Part shown: positions 1 to 9,306 of the stretch, piece after piece
Layout of the letters: each line of letters begins with the position of its first letter
Position numbering within the stretch: the first letter of the stretch is position 1
Assembly (NCBI GenBank): GCA_945787105.1
Contig: CALZGZ010000105.1
Coordinates: forward strand, 19,730 to 83,729
Direction: 5' to 3'
Length of the DNA stretch: 64,000 nt
DNA from: an uncultured Gammaproteobacteria bacterium
Lineage (GTDB): Bacteria > Pseudomonadota > Gammaproteobacteria > Arenicellales > JAANXG01
Made by a program: the position numbers and the translations under genes
Notes under the pieces: model-generated
The model's database searches: none
Told to the model about the DNA's origin: nothing
Seen by the model: the letters and a program-made list of their open reading frames with translations, nothing else

Positions 1-665
1 TCGGGGTGCTGTATCGCTATATTACACTGGGTTTCAAACTGACCTCTTTGTCTTCCCAATTTTTGGAGGGCAAAGTCCTGTTTTGGGGCAGTCAGCCGTT
101 TCACTGGGGGATATTGGTAGTATTCCTCGGACATGTCGCGGCATTTGCGATCCCCAGCACGGTATTGGCGTGGAACGGGGAACCGTGGCGTTTGATTATC
201 CTGGAGGTCACCCTGTTTGCCTTCGCCATCGCCGCTTTATTCGGTCTGGTGGTGTTTATCTACAGAAGGATCACCCACTCACGCATTCGCTCGGTGACGA
301 CAAAAATGGACGCGGTGGTGTACATCCTGTTGTTGATACAGATCGTCACTGGGCTGGGTATCGCATTGCTGTACAACTGGGGGTCGTCGTGGTTCGCGTC
401 GTCGGTGACCCCATACCTGCGTTCGATCTTTGTGTTTAATCCGCAGGTCGATACCGTGGCCAGCATGCCCTTTCTGGTACAGCTGCACATTGTTACCGCT
501 TTCAGCATCTTTGGCATCCTGCCGTTCACGCGCCTGATCCATTTCATGGTGTTCCCGTTGAACTACGTATGGCGCAGTTATCAGGTAGTCGTCTGGAACT
601 GGAATCCAAAGAAGATTCGCGCCGAGAGCAGCTACTTTCCGGGTAAGGCATCGACGAATAATTGA
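1..665 (+). CDS. narI: respiratory nitrate reductase gamma subunit NarI, 5' end cut by window edge
   Basis: The ORF is open to the window start. It has a multi-TM cytochrome b-type profile with conserved His in 'FHWGILVVFLGH' and 'VQLHIVTAF', and a C-terminal 'FTRLIHFMVFP'. By family recall about 20-25 N-terminal residues lie upstream of the window. Confidence 0.85.
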   Translation, partial: GVLYRYITLGFKLTSLSSQFLEGKVLFWGSQPFHWGILVVFLGHVAAFAIPSTVLAWNGEPWRLIILEVTLFAFAIAALFGLVVFIYRRITHSRIRSVTTKMDAVVYILLLIQIVTGLGIALLYNWGSSWFASSVTPYLRSIFVFNPQVDTVASMPFLVQLHIVTAFSIFGILPFTRLIHFMVFPLNYVWRSYQVVVWNWNPKKIRAESSYFPGKASTNN

Positions 666-754
666 GCGTTCGATGCATACGGCCAGTCACAGTAAAAATG
701 TTCGTGTGTCCTTGTAAGGAGGACGCCAAGTAAGCACCAATCGAGAACAAAGTC

Positions 755-2431
755 ATGGCAGATACCGATAAATTGGACGCGCAACACCCCACGCAATGGA
801 AGAAAGGTGCTGGCGACAGGAGTCGTGCAGATATTGACACATGGGATGTGGAGGATGACAGCTTCTGGGAAAGCACCGGGAAGAAGATCGCCAATCGGAA
901 TCTGTGGATTTCGATCCCCAGTCTCCTGTGTGGGTTCGCCGTGTGGTTGTACTGGGGCATCATCACCGTGCAGATGATCAATCTCGGGTTTCCTTTTACC
1001 AAACCCGAATTGTTTACCCTTGCGGCGATCGCCGGTCTAACGGGCGCCACGTTACGCATTCCCAGCAGCTTTTTCGTGCGCATTGCGGGTGGCCGCAACA
1101 CCATTTTCTTTACCACCGCCCTGTTGATGATTCCGGCGATTGGCGCGGGATTTGCGCTGCAGGACAAGAACACGCCGTTGTGGGTATTCCAGATACTGGC
1201 ATTCCTGTCCGGCTTTGGTGGCGGTAACTTCGCCTCTTCGATGTCCAATATCAGTTTCTTTTTTCCGAAACGGACCCAGGGCTTGGCGCTGGGCTTGAAC
1301 GCCGGCCTGGGTAATGCGGGCGTCACTACAATGCAGATCCTGGTGCCGCTGGTGATGACGGTCGGGATCTTCGGTGGCGCTCCGATGATTTTGGAAAACA
1401 CGTCGGGGACACTCATCGGCAAGATCCCCGCCGGCAGTGAGACCTACATCCATAATGCGGGCTTCATCTGGTTGTTGTTCCTGGTGCCCCTGGCAGTCGC
1501 CGGCTGGTTCGGTATGAACAATATTCGCACCGAGGAGGTGTCGCCTCAAATCGGTTCACCGCTCGGTGCGTTCGGTAAGATCTCGGGGATGCTACTCGTC
1601 GGCTTCATCACCGCCGCCGTCGGTCTCTACCTGATACTGCCTGCCCCCACCGGTGTGGGACTGCCATCCTGGACCAAGTGGTTCGTCCTGGCGGGGGTCA
1701 TCGCCGCAACCGTGTTCCTGCTCAAATTGATCCCCGGAGACATCAAGCCGAATCTGCAACGGCAGTTCAAGATCTTCGGTAACAAACACACCTGGGTGAT
1801 GAGCGTTATCTACACCATGACCTTCGGATCGTTCATCGGTTACTCCGCTGGATTCGCGTTGGCCATCAAGGTCATCTTCGGTTTCAGTCATGTTATGGGC
1901 GCCGACGGCGTGATGACCCATGACACCATCAATCCCAATGGGCCGAGCGCCTTGATGTATGCCTGGATGGGACCCTTCATCGGCGCGCTGATCCGCCCGC
2001 TGGGTGGATGGATATCGGACCGCATGGGTGGTGCCAAGGTTACTCAGATCGTCGCGATTGTTATGATTGCCAGCGCGCTGGGCGTGGCGTATTACATGCA
2101 CGCGGCGTACCAATCGGCGACACCGGAAGAATACTTCGTGCCGTTCTTCGTGTTGTTCCTGGTACTGTTCGCGGGCACGGGCATCGGCAACGGTTCCACC
2201 TTCCGCACTATCGCCATGGTGTTTCCCAAGGAACAGGCCGGCCCCGCATTGGGCTGGACTTCCGCGGTGGCCGCATACGGTGCCTTTATTATTCCCAAGG
2301 TGTTTGGCGAGCAGATCAAGGCGACCACGCCCGAGTACGCCTTGTACGGTTTTGCCATCTTCTACTTCATCTGCCTGTTGTTGAACTGGTGGTACTACCT
2401 GGGACCCAAGGCGGAGATAAAAAATCCATAA
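755..2431 (+). CDS. narK: NarK-type nitrate/nitrite transporter (MFS, NarK2-like)
   Basis: 558-aa polytopic ORF. Nitrate-signature motifs 'GGGNFASSMSNISFFFPK' and 'NAGLGNAG' are present, and the N-terminal 'RNLWISIPSLLCGFAVW' is typical of NarK2-type proteins. It lies directly downstream of narI. Confidence 0.85.
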   Translation: MADTDKLDAQHPTQWKKGAGDRSRADIDTWDVEDDSFWESTGKKIANRNLWISIPSLLCGFAVWLYWGIITVQMINLGFPFTKPELFTLAAIAGLTGATLRIPSSFFVRIAGGRNTIFFTTALLMIPAIGAGFALQDKNTPLWVFQILAFLSGFGGGNFASSMSNISFFFPKRTQGLALGLNAGLGNAGVTTMQILVPLVMTVGIFGGAPMILENTSGTLIGKIPAGSETYIHNAGFIWLLFLVPLAVAGWFGMNNIRTEEVSPQIGSPLGAFGKISGMLLVGFITAAVGLYLILPAPTGVGLPSWTKWFVLAGVIAATVFLLKLIPGDIKPNLQRQFKIFGNKHTWVMSVIYTMTFGSFIGYSAGFALAIKVIFGFSHVMGADGVMTHDTINPNGPSALMYAWMGPFIGALIRPLGGWISDRMGGAKVTQIVAIVMIASALGVAYYMHAAYQSATPEEYFVPFFVLFLVLFAGTGIGNGSTFRTIAMVFPKEQAGPALGWTSAVAAYGAFIIPKVFGEQIKATTPEYALYGFAIFYFICLLLNWWYYLGPKAEIKNP

Positions 2432-2497
2432 AGTCCAAGACGACCGTGATATCGGTGCAGGGACGCACCCTTTGCTTTTTTACTCTGGGGAGGATCA

Positions 2498-5260
2498 ATG
2501 ACGACACAGACCAGAAAGCAGATCTCCGCATTGACCATGAGTACCTTGGCGTTCACGGTCAACTTCGCCGTGTGGACCATGTTCTCGATCATCGGGATCA
2601 AGATTAAGAGCGAGCTGGGACTCAATAATACGGAGTTCGGACTGCTGGTGGCCACCCCGATCCTCACCGGTTCTCTGGTACGGTTGCCGCTCGGCATCAT
2701 GACGGATCGCTTCGGCGGGCGTATCGTCTTTTTTATCCAGATGTTACTGGTCGCGATCCCCACCTACGGCCTGGTCTACGCCGATCAGTATTGGCAGTAC
2801 CTCATGATCGGGCTTTTCGTGGGTCTGGCTGGTGGGTCGTTTGCCATCGGCATCGCCTATACCGCCGCCTGGTTCAGCAAGGAACGCCAGGGCACGGCGA
2901 TGGGCATCTTCGGCGCCGGAAACGCCGGCGCCGCGGTGACCAACCTGGTTGCGCCCCTGATCCTCGTCGCTTGGGGATGGCGCGCGGTCCCCGTGGTCTA
3001 CTCGATCGCGATGGTGGTGATGGCGGTGGCGTTCTGGTTTTTCACCTACACCGACCCGCAGTTGGAGGAGCGCCGCCGGACCAAGCAAAAGCGTAGCCTC
3101 GCTGATCAGCTCGCGCCCCTGGCTGAGAACCAGGTGTGGCGCTTTGGGCTGGCCTACTATTTCGTCTTCGGCGGTTTCGTGGCACTCGCACTGTGGCTGC
3201 CCAAGTACTATGTGGGTGAGTACGGCCTGGATCTGAAGTCCGCCGCCTTCATCACCATGATCTTTACCCTGCCTTCAGGAGTGATCCGCGCATTGGGCGG
3301 CTGGGTGTCCGACAAATGGGGTGGGGACACCGTAACCTGGTGGGTGTTCTGGGTGAGCATCGTCTGCTTGGTTGTCCTCTCCTACCCACCGACCACCCTA
3401 ACGTTTCACGGTATCTCCGGTGATTTCTCCATCGAGATCGGTCTCGGCGTGGTTTTGTTCACGGTGCTGGTGTTTATCGTCGGCATGGCGCAGGGCATCG
3501 GCAAGGCCAGTGTCTACCGTAGCCTGGCGGATTTTTATCCCACCAACATGGGGTCCGTCGGCGGTCTCGTGGGCGTCATCGGGGGTTTGGGGGGGTTTAC
3601 CATGCCCATCATGTTCGGCGTCGCCGCCGACGCGCTGGACGTGCGCTCCAGCGCCTTCATGCTGATGTCCATCGTGCTCGCCGCAGTGATGATCTGGACC
3701 TGGATGGCGGCCCGTGGGGAACGGGAGGCGATCCTCGAGCGCCAGCCCGCCCTGCGTGAGGAGCTGATCAGGGAGCACCTCCTGGAGGGGCGGCCGACGC
3801 ACGGCCGTTGGTTGTTGGGCTGGCGTCCGGATGATGAGACCCTGTGGGCGCAATCTGGCCGGCGTATCGCGCTGCGCAACCTGTTGTTTTCGATGCCGCC
3901 GCTGTTGCTGTCGTTCGCCGTTTGGATGGTTTGGAGTGTGGTAGTGGTCGAGTTGCCCGAGATCGGCTTCCAATTCACCACCGGCGAGCTGTTTTGGTTG
4001 GCGGCGATCCCGGGTCTCTCGGGCGCGGTCATGCGTCTCGCCTACTCGTTCGTGGTGCCGCTATTCGGGGGCAGGAATTTCACGGTGTTCAGCACCGCAT
4101 CGCTGTTGCTTCCCACCCTGTGGATGGCCTTTGCGGTACAGGACCCCACCACCGATTACGTCGTGTTTGTCGTCATCGCGTTGCTTTGTGGCCTGGGCGG
4201 CGGCAACTTCGCGGCGAGCATGGCCAACATCAGTTTCTTCTTTCCTAAACGCATGCAGGGTACCGCCCTGGGTTGGAACGCCGGCGTCGGTAACCTCGGT
4301 GTGAGCGTCGTGCAGCTGACGGTGCCGCTCGTGATCTACGGTGGCGCGTCGGCCATATTTGGCGGCAGCCCCCAGGCCCAAGTCCAAGATTCGGAGATCG
4401 GGTATTGGAGCGTGCAACGGTTGGTGTGGATGCAGAACGCCGGTTACTTCTGGGTGCCGCTGATCCTGGCCGCGACCCTCGGTGCTTGGTTCGGCATGAA
4501 TAATATCCGCGATGTGCGCGCGTCGTTTAGCGAGCAACTGGTGATCTTCCGGCGCAAGCACGCGTGGTTGCTGTCGTGGCTTTACATGGGCACCTTCGGG
4601 TCGTTCATCGGATTCGCAGCGGCGTTCCCGATACTACTGTCTTCTCAATTTCCGGGCACCGGAGCCGCCCGGTACGCCTTCGTTGGACCGCTGCTGGGTG
4701 CCGTGATACGTCCCCTCGGCGGTTGGCTGGCGGATCGATTCGGCGGGGGAAGGGTCACGTTCTGGAACTTTGCCGTCATGCTGGTGATGGCGGTCAGCAT
4801 TTACGGCTTCCTGCCGTCGGGCGCCGATGTAACCCAGCTCACCGGGTTCTACACGGTTTTCATGCTGCTGTTCGTTGCCACCGGTATCGGAAACGGCTCG
4901 GTATTCCGCATCGTCCCGAACGTTTTCCTGGAATTCCACAAGGCATTGGCCGCTGGCAAGGATGAGGCGGCGCAGGCGCAGGCGGTTCGCGAAGGCGAAA
5001 TCGAGGCGTCGGTTGCCCTCGGGTTCACCGCCGCCATCGCCGCTCTCGGGCTATTCTTGATCCCCGCCATCATCGGTGTGTCGGTGGCGGTTACCGGTAC
5101 GGCCCATGCGGCGATGATGATTTTCGTGCTTTTCTACGCCAGCTGTCTATTGGTGACCTGGACGTATTACGCGCGTGCGGAATCCGGAGATTCACGCCGG
5201 CGCGTACACGAGCCGTTCGCGGCAGACCCGCCGCCCGCCCCATCCGGTTCGACCACGTGA
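2498..5260 (+). CDS. narK: fused double NarK transporter (NarK1-like N half plus NarK2-like C half)
   Basis: 920-aa ORF with a GGGAGG Shine-Dalgarno sequence 5 nt upstream. The N half is a 12-TM MFS with 'GIFGAGNAGAAV'. A soluble linker ('ARGEREAILERQPALREEL...') follows. The C half repeats the NarK2 pattern ('RNLLFSMPPLLLSFAVW', 'GGGNFAASMANISFFFPK', 'NAGVGNLG'). Confidence 0.8.
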   Translation: MTTQTRKQISALTMSTLAFTVNFAVWTMFSIIGIKIKSELGLNNTEFGLLVATPILTGSLVRLPLGIMTDRFGGRIVFFIQMLLVAIPTYGLVYADQYWQYLMIGLFVGLAGGSFAIGIAYTAAWFSKERQGTAMGIFGAGNAGAAVTNLVAPLILVAWGWRAVPVVYSIAMVVMAVAFWFFTYTDPQLEERRRTKQKRSLADQLAPLAENQVWRFGLAYYFVFGGFVALALWLPKYYVGEYGLDLKSAAFITMIFTLPSGVIRALGGWVSDKWGGDTVTWWVFWVSIVCLVVLSYPPTTLTFHGISGDFSIEIGLGVVLFTVLVFIVGMAQGIGKASVYRSLADFYPTNMGSVGGLVGVIGGLGGFTMPIMFGVAADALDVRSSAFMLMSIVLAAVMIWTWMAARGEREAILERQPALREELIREHLLEGRPTHGRWLLGWRPDDETLWAQSGRRIALRNLLFSMPPLLLSFAVWMVWSVVVVELPEIGFQFTTGELFWLAAIPGLSGAVMRLAYSFVVPLFGGRNFTVFSTASLLLPTLWMAFAVQDPTTDYVVFVVIALLCGLGGGNFAASMANISFFFPKRMQGTALGWNAGVGNLGVSVVQLTVPLVIYGGASAIFGGSPQAQVQDSEIGYWSVQRLVWMQNAGYFWVPLILAATLGAWFGMNNIRDVRASFSEQLVIFRRKHAWLLSWLYMGTFGSFIGFAAAFPILLSSQFPGTGAARYAFVGPLLGAVIRPLGGWLADRFGGGRVTFWNFAVMLVMAVSIYGFLPSGADVTQLTGFYTVFMLLFVATGIGNGSVFRIVPNVFLEFHKALAAGKDEAAQAQAVREGEIEASVALGFTAAIAALGLFLIPAIIGVSVAVTGTAHAAMMIFVLFYASCLLVTWTYYARAESGDSRRRVHEPFAADPPPAPSGSTT

Positions 5261-5274
5261 GGAGGAAGATCGCT

Positions 5275-5751
5275 ATGCAGATCAAAAATATCTCGACATT
5301 TGTGATCTTGACGCTCCTTACCTTGATCGTTGGGCAGGTCGCCGCAGACTCATCCGCGGGTAACGGCGAAGCGTTCGTGGATTGGAAGGTGACGGATCTG
5401 GCTATCCAGGGGCCGCTGGCCGGGCTGGAGGGGGATCCGCGACGCGGCCGAACCGTGGTCATCACCCCGACAAAAGGAAATTGCCTGGCCTGTCACGTGA
5501 TGCCGATTGCAGAACAGGAGTTCCACGGCACCATAGGTCCACCTCTTGACGGAGTGGCGTCTCGCTATACCGAAGCCCAGCTCCGACTGGTCCTGGTGGA
5601 CATGAAGCAGCTAAACCCCACGACACTGATGCCGAGTTTCTATAAGAATCCGGCCGAACTTCACCGCGTCGCGAAGCGATATCAGGGCAAGACCGTGCTA
5701 ACGGCACAGGAGATCGAGGACGTGGTGGCCTATCTGGAAACTTTGAAATAA
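5275..5751 (+). CDS. soxX: sulfur-oxidation monoheme cytochrome c SoxX
   Basis: The ATG at 5275 sits 8 nt after GAGGAGGA (5259-5266). The protein has a signal peptide, heme motif 'GNCLACH', and 'GPPLDGV' and 'TLMPSFY' as in the SoxX family. The ORF track start at 5257 is an upstream GTG in the same frame. Confidence 0.75.
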   Translation: MQIKNISTFVILTLLTLIVGQVAADSSAGNGEAFVDWKVTDLAIQGPLAGLEGDPRRGRTVVITPTKGNCLACHVMPIAEQEFHGTIGPPLDGVASRYTEAQLRLVLVDMKQLNPTTLMPSFYKNPAELHRVAKRYQGKTVLTAQEIEDVVAYLETLK

Positions 5752-5765
5752 GCGGGGGGTAGCAA

Positions 5766-6581
5766 ATGTATATTAAGTCCTTAGTACGTTGCGGGTTGGT
5801 GTCCCTTGTTTTCACGCTCGGAGCGGGTGGGGCGTCAGCGGCCATCGCTACTGAATCGCTGTCCATGGCCAAGACTACCGGGCCCGTCTCCGGTTATGAC
5901 TTCTTGCAAAAAGAAACGCAACAGATGCAGGACGATGACTTCCTCAACCCAGGTATGCAGTGGGTGGACGCGGGGCGAGAGATGTTCAACAACCTGCAAA
6001 GCAAAGACGACAAGACCTGTGCGTCCTGCCACGGTAAGAACGGCAGCAAGCTCGATCCAAAGAGGATCGCCCAGTACCCGGTATTCAACGAGAAGCTGGG
6101 CAAACCCGTCACTCTGCAGGGACAGGTAAACGCCTGCTGGACCAAGCAGTTGGGCTATCATCCGCTTCCTTACGATAGTGAGGCGGTGATCAAGCTGGAG
6201 GTATTTGTTCATAACCTCGCTCGTGGAGAGAAGGTGAACGTGCAAGTCGATGGCCCCTTGAAGCCCTATTACGAAAGAGGTGAGACGATCTACCGGACCC
6301 GGGCGGGACAGCTGGATATGGCATGTTCAGTTTGCCACGATAATAACATCGGCAAAAAAATCCGGGGAAACACTTTGTCTCAGGGGCAAGCCAATGGCTA
6401 TCCCGCTTACCGTCTTCAGCATGGCAGAGTCGACGGTCTGCACAGTACGTTCAACGAGTGTTATCGCCTGTTCCGTGCCAGCGAGATGCCGCCCGGCAAC
6501 GACGATTATACGGCCTTGGAAGTTTACGTCACCGGGCGCGGTAACGGGCTGACAATTGAAACCCCCGGAGTTCGCTTCTGA
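5766..6581 (+). CDS. soxA: sulfur-oxidation diheme cytochrome c SoxA
   Basis: 271 aa with a signal peptide and two heme motifs, 'CASCH' and 'CSVCH'. A C-terminal conserved Cys context 'FNECYRLFRA' matches SoxA. It is adjacent to soxX. Confidence 0.8.
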   Translation: MYIKSLVRCGLVSLVFTLGAGGASAAIATESLSMAKTTGPVSGYDFLQKETQQMQDDDFLNPGMQWVDAGREMFNNLQSKDDKTCASCHGKNGSKLDPKRIAQYPVFNEKLGKPVTLQGQVNACWTKQLGYHPLPYDSEAVIKLEVFVHNLARGEKVNVQVDGPLKPYYERGETIYRTRAGQLDMACSVCHDNNIGKKIRGNTLSQGQANGYPAYRLQHGRVDGLHSTFNECYRLFRASEMPPGNDDYTALEVYVTGRGNGLTIETPGVRF

Positions 6582-6595
6582 TTTGTACTTCTCAA

Positions 6596-7530
6596 ATGCT
6601 TAATTTCGAACAGTTTGTTGGCCTCTCTGTTCGCCACCTTAGTGCAATGTGCGGGCCAGAGCGCGCCGCGCGTCAGTTGAGCCTGTTAGTGGCATTTGTT
6701 TTCCTCGTTTTTGCTGCTTTTGCCGCCACCGCCCAGGAAGGGAGCGGTGTTCGTACGGTAATGCAGAAGCTCGCCGTCCTCAATCAATACTTCGCATCCC
6801 CAACTGCTGAGCGGATCCTCGCGAGCAATGCTGGGGAGTGGCGACGGCCCTCGCTCGCACTCGTGGGCTGATGGTGGATGCCCGCGACTCGCTGGATGCT
6901 GGTGACGTCGATCGGGCCAAAGAACTCGCGGACGCAGCGTTGAAAGAGTTATCGGCGGCATCTCGACTCGCGAACCGGCAGGCTTCACCACCCGCTCTGC
7001 ATCGCGCACGTTTTGAAGAACTTTTCGCGGGGGTGCGCACCTTCCGGCAACCGTTGGAAGCGGCGTTAAAGGCAAGGCCTGCTGCAAAGACGATACTCAT
7101 CGAAGTGGAAAGCCTAGATGCAGAGTTGGCGCAGGCGGCTAAACTCGCCAAGATGGGTCAATACGAAAAAGCCAATGAGGTCCTGGTTGATGTCTACGAA
7201 ACTATTGCCGCCGGCCTCTCGTCGCTGCACGGATCCGAAACGATAATCTATCGGCTCGAGTTCGCGACACCGGCAGCCGAATTCGATTATGAGAAACAGC
7301 GGTATCAGACGCAACAAGCTTTGGCGCAGATGGTTCTGGAGAAAGGCAGTGCTGCCGCCGGTATTCGCAAGCTCGTGGAACGCTACATCAGTAAGGGTCG
7401 GAAAGCACACGAAACGGCCGAGGCACAGGTCGCGGCAAACGATTACGAGACAGCCATTGCCGGCATGGAGCAGGCTAACGAACACCTGACACGCGGGCTG
7501 GCGATGCTCGGTCTGCCGGTGATGCCGTGA
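6596..7530 (+). pseudogene. secreted alpha-helical protein encoded as two overlapping ORFs (6596..6871 and 6838..7530); apparent 1-nt frameshift
   Basis: The upstream ORF carries a Sec-type signal ('MCGPERAARQLSLLVAFVFLVFAAFAATAQEG', from 6647) and stops at 6871. The downstream ORF is open from 6811 in another frame. Adding one G to the G4 run at 6833-6836 fuses them ('...SNAGGVATALAR...'). The function is unknown. Confidence 0.5.
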
Positions 7531-8375
7531 GCACGCGGAGGCCTGACAAGCCAGTCCGGGGGTATATTGGTTTGCCCAACAAGACCATTCACGGATCATT
7601 GGGGTTCCTCGCATTGTGGATAATGCTGTTAGTGCTACCCTGTGGTGTACCGGTCGGGTATGCGGATGACGCAGCGCTTGCAGCCGCAGTAAACGTAGCG
7701 GGGCGTCAGCGTATGCTCAGCCAGCGTATAGTCAAGGCGTATTGTGAAATCGGCCTCGATGTGTTGCCCGAGCGCGCCAGCAAGGACTTGAAAGAGGCGG
7801 TAGCCTCATTCGATCGGCAACTCGAGTATCTGCAGCGCCTCGACGTAAATAAGGAAACACAGAATGCACTGTTCCGAGTCTCGAAACTCTGGTTTGAATT
7901 CAAACCACTCGCCCTGGGTACGGTTAGCCGCAAAAATGCGGGCCCGTTACAGGCTCTCAGCGAAGAGTTGTTGAACGCCTCTCAGCGCGTAGTGGAGTTG
8001 TTGGAGACCCAAGCAGGTGGATCCGTGGCGCCACTCGTGAACATCGCGGGTCGTCAACGTATGCTTTCGCAGCGACTCGCCAAGCTCTACATGCTGTACT
8101 CGTGGGGATTCAAAGATCCTCAAATCAACGACCAAATCAAAGTCGCTAATAAACAGTTCAGCGACGCCCTGGACGCTCTCATCGCCGCGCCAGAAAACAC
8201 CGATGAGATATTGCGGGAACTCAATGCAGTTGATGTTTTATGGATGTGGTTTGAGATCTCTCTCGAACTCAAAGACGCTAATTCGTTCCGTCTCGTCGTG
8301 AGTGAATCCAGCGGGTCGATCCTCGTGAGCATGGATGCAATCACACGCATGTACGAACGCTTGGCCGTCAAGTAA
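7527..8375 (+). CDS. periplasmic protein with two PilJ/NarX-type sensing modules (type IV pili MCP N-terminal domain family), no output domain
   Basis: There is an N-terminal hydrophobic anchor/signal. The motif 'AGRQRMLSQR' occurs twice (nt 7698-7727 and 8046-8075) with different codons. The GTGA start/stop overlap with the upstream ORF lies at 7527-7530. Confidence 0.7.
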   Translation: MSTRRPDKPVRGYIGLPNKTIHGSLGFLALWIMLLVLPCGVPVGYADDAALAAAVNVAGRQRMLSQRIVKAYCEIGLDVLPERASKDLKEAVASFDRQLEYLQRLDVNKETQNALFRVSKLWFEFKPLALGTVSRKNAGPLQALSEELLNASQRVVELLETQAGGSVAPLVNIAGRQRMLSQRLAKLYMLYSWGFKDPQINDQIKVANKQFSDALDALIAAPENTDEILRELNAVDVLWMWFEISLELKDANSFRLVVSESSGSILVSMDAITRMYERLAVK

Positions 8376-8555
8376 GATAATCGGTAACATGTCGTTCATG
8401 GTGGTGACCGAATTTCCCGCTCGGATCCGTGAAGTGGTACGCCGGATCGAAAGAAATACCGGTTTTGACCGTGTATGATATGTCACAATAGGAGAAGTTT
8501 TGCGTAGAATTGAACTTCACTATTCGAGTTGACAACAAATAACGGAGGTAAGGCT

Positions 8556-8873
8556 GTGTCATACATCAATACGATTTTCATCATGATAGCGTTGGCGTTG
8601 AGCGTGCAGGGTAACGTGGCCCTGGCAGGTGATGCCGCCAAGGGAAAGGCCAAGACCGCAACATGTGCCGCCTGTCATGGCGCCACCGGGATCAGCGCCC
8701 TCCCGGCTAACCCCAATTTGGCTGGGCAGCAGGAAGGGTACCTGGTTAAGTCCATGAATGACTACAAATCGGGAAAACGTGACGATGCCACCATGAAGGC
8801 CATGGTCGGCGCCCTGTCGGACGAAGATATCAAGGATATTGCCGCGTTTTATGCGAGTCAGGCGTGTAAGTAA
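8556..8873 (+). CDS. class I monoheme cytochrome c (c4/c553-like half domain)
   Basis: The GTG at 8556 follows 'ACGGAGGT'. The protein has a signal peptide 'MSYINTIFIMIALALSVQGNVALA', heme motif 'CAACHG', and C-terminal 'DIKDIAAFYASQ'. Confidence 0.8.
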   Translation: MSYINTIFIMIALALSVQGNVALAGDAAKGKAKTATCAACHGATGISALPANPNLAGQQEGYLVKSMNDYKSGKRDDATMKAMVGALSDEDIKDIAAFYASQACK

Positions 8874-8918
8874 GCGAGAGTATTTTTCTCCATATTACAG
8901 GCCGCAACACAAGACCCA

Positions 8919-9155
8919 GCCTGCATTTCTTACCAGGATCCCGGATGCTGACTCAGGGGTCGCGCAGCCGCGCGCCGCGCCTGGAGTGAGACCCATGCTT
9001 TGGGTCGAATGAAGCTCAAGCGCAGGTGTGGGAGGGCGAGTCAGGCCCGGGATAGCCGCGATTGCAGTAACACCCTGTACAACGTGGCGTTGGCCCGATG
9101 CCTTACACTCTACCGCGGAGTCGGAGTTTGCGCCGCCCTGGTCAGGAATGCGGGC
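8919..9155 (+). repeat. MITE-like element, copy A (degenerate)
   Basis: The left end 'GCCTGCATTTCTTACCAGGATCCCGGA' and right end 'CCTGGTCAGGAATGCGGGC'+TA align with the termini of copies B-D. The interior aligns with the conserved core ('...ACCCATGCTTTGGGTCGAATGAAGC...GGCCCGGGATAGCCGCGATTGC'). Confidence 0.6.
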
Positions 9156-9306
9156 TAGGTGCAGTAGACGATCGGCGGCATCCGGGCGAGATGGATGACC
9201 GTCTCATCGAGGCGGTCCGCGCCGGTCTGCTGCGCGCGGCGTGGCCCAATCACTTCGTTATCATCCGGTATGGTTGGTGCCCTATGCGGGCGGGGAACAC
9301 GTGTAA

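Noticed and set aside
544-1422. Long antisense or shadow ORFs opposite well-supported genes. Examples: 544..1422(-) opposite narK, 3398..3973(-) and 3535..4032(-) opposite the narK fusion, 37047..37724(-) opposite korB, 38275..38778(+) opposite DUF364, 41952..42728(+) opposite the kinase.
   Set aside because: Their translations are Arg/Pro/Gly-rich and low in complexity, with no recognisable motifs. They lie entirely inside genes that have strong family signatures. This is typical of stop-codon-poor alternative frames in GC-rich DNA.
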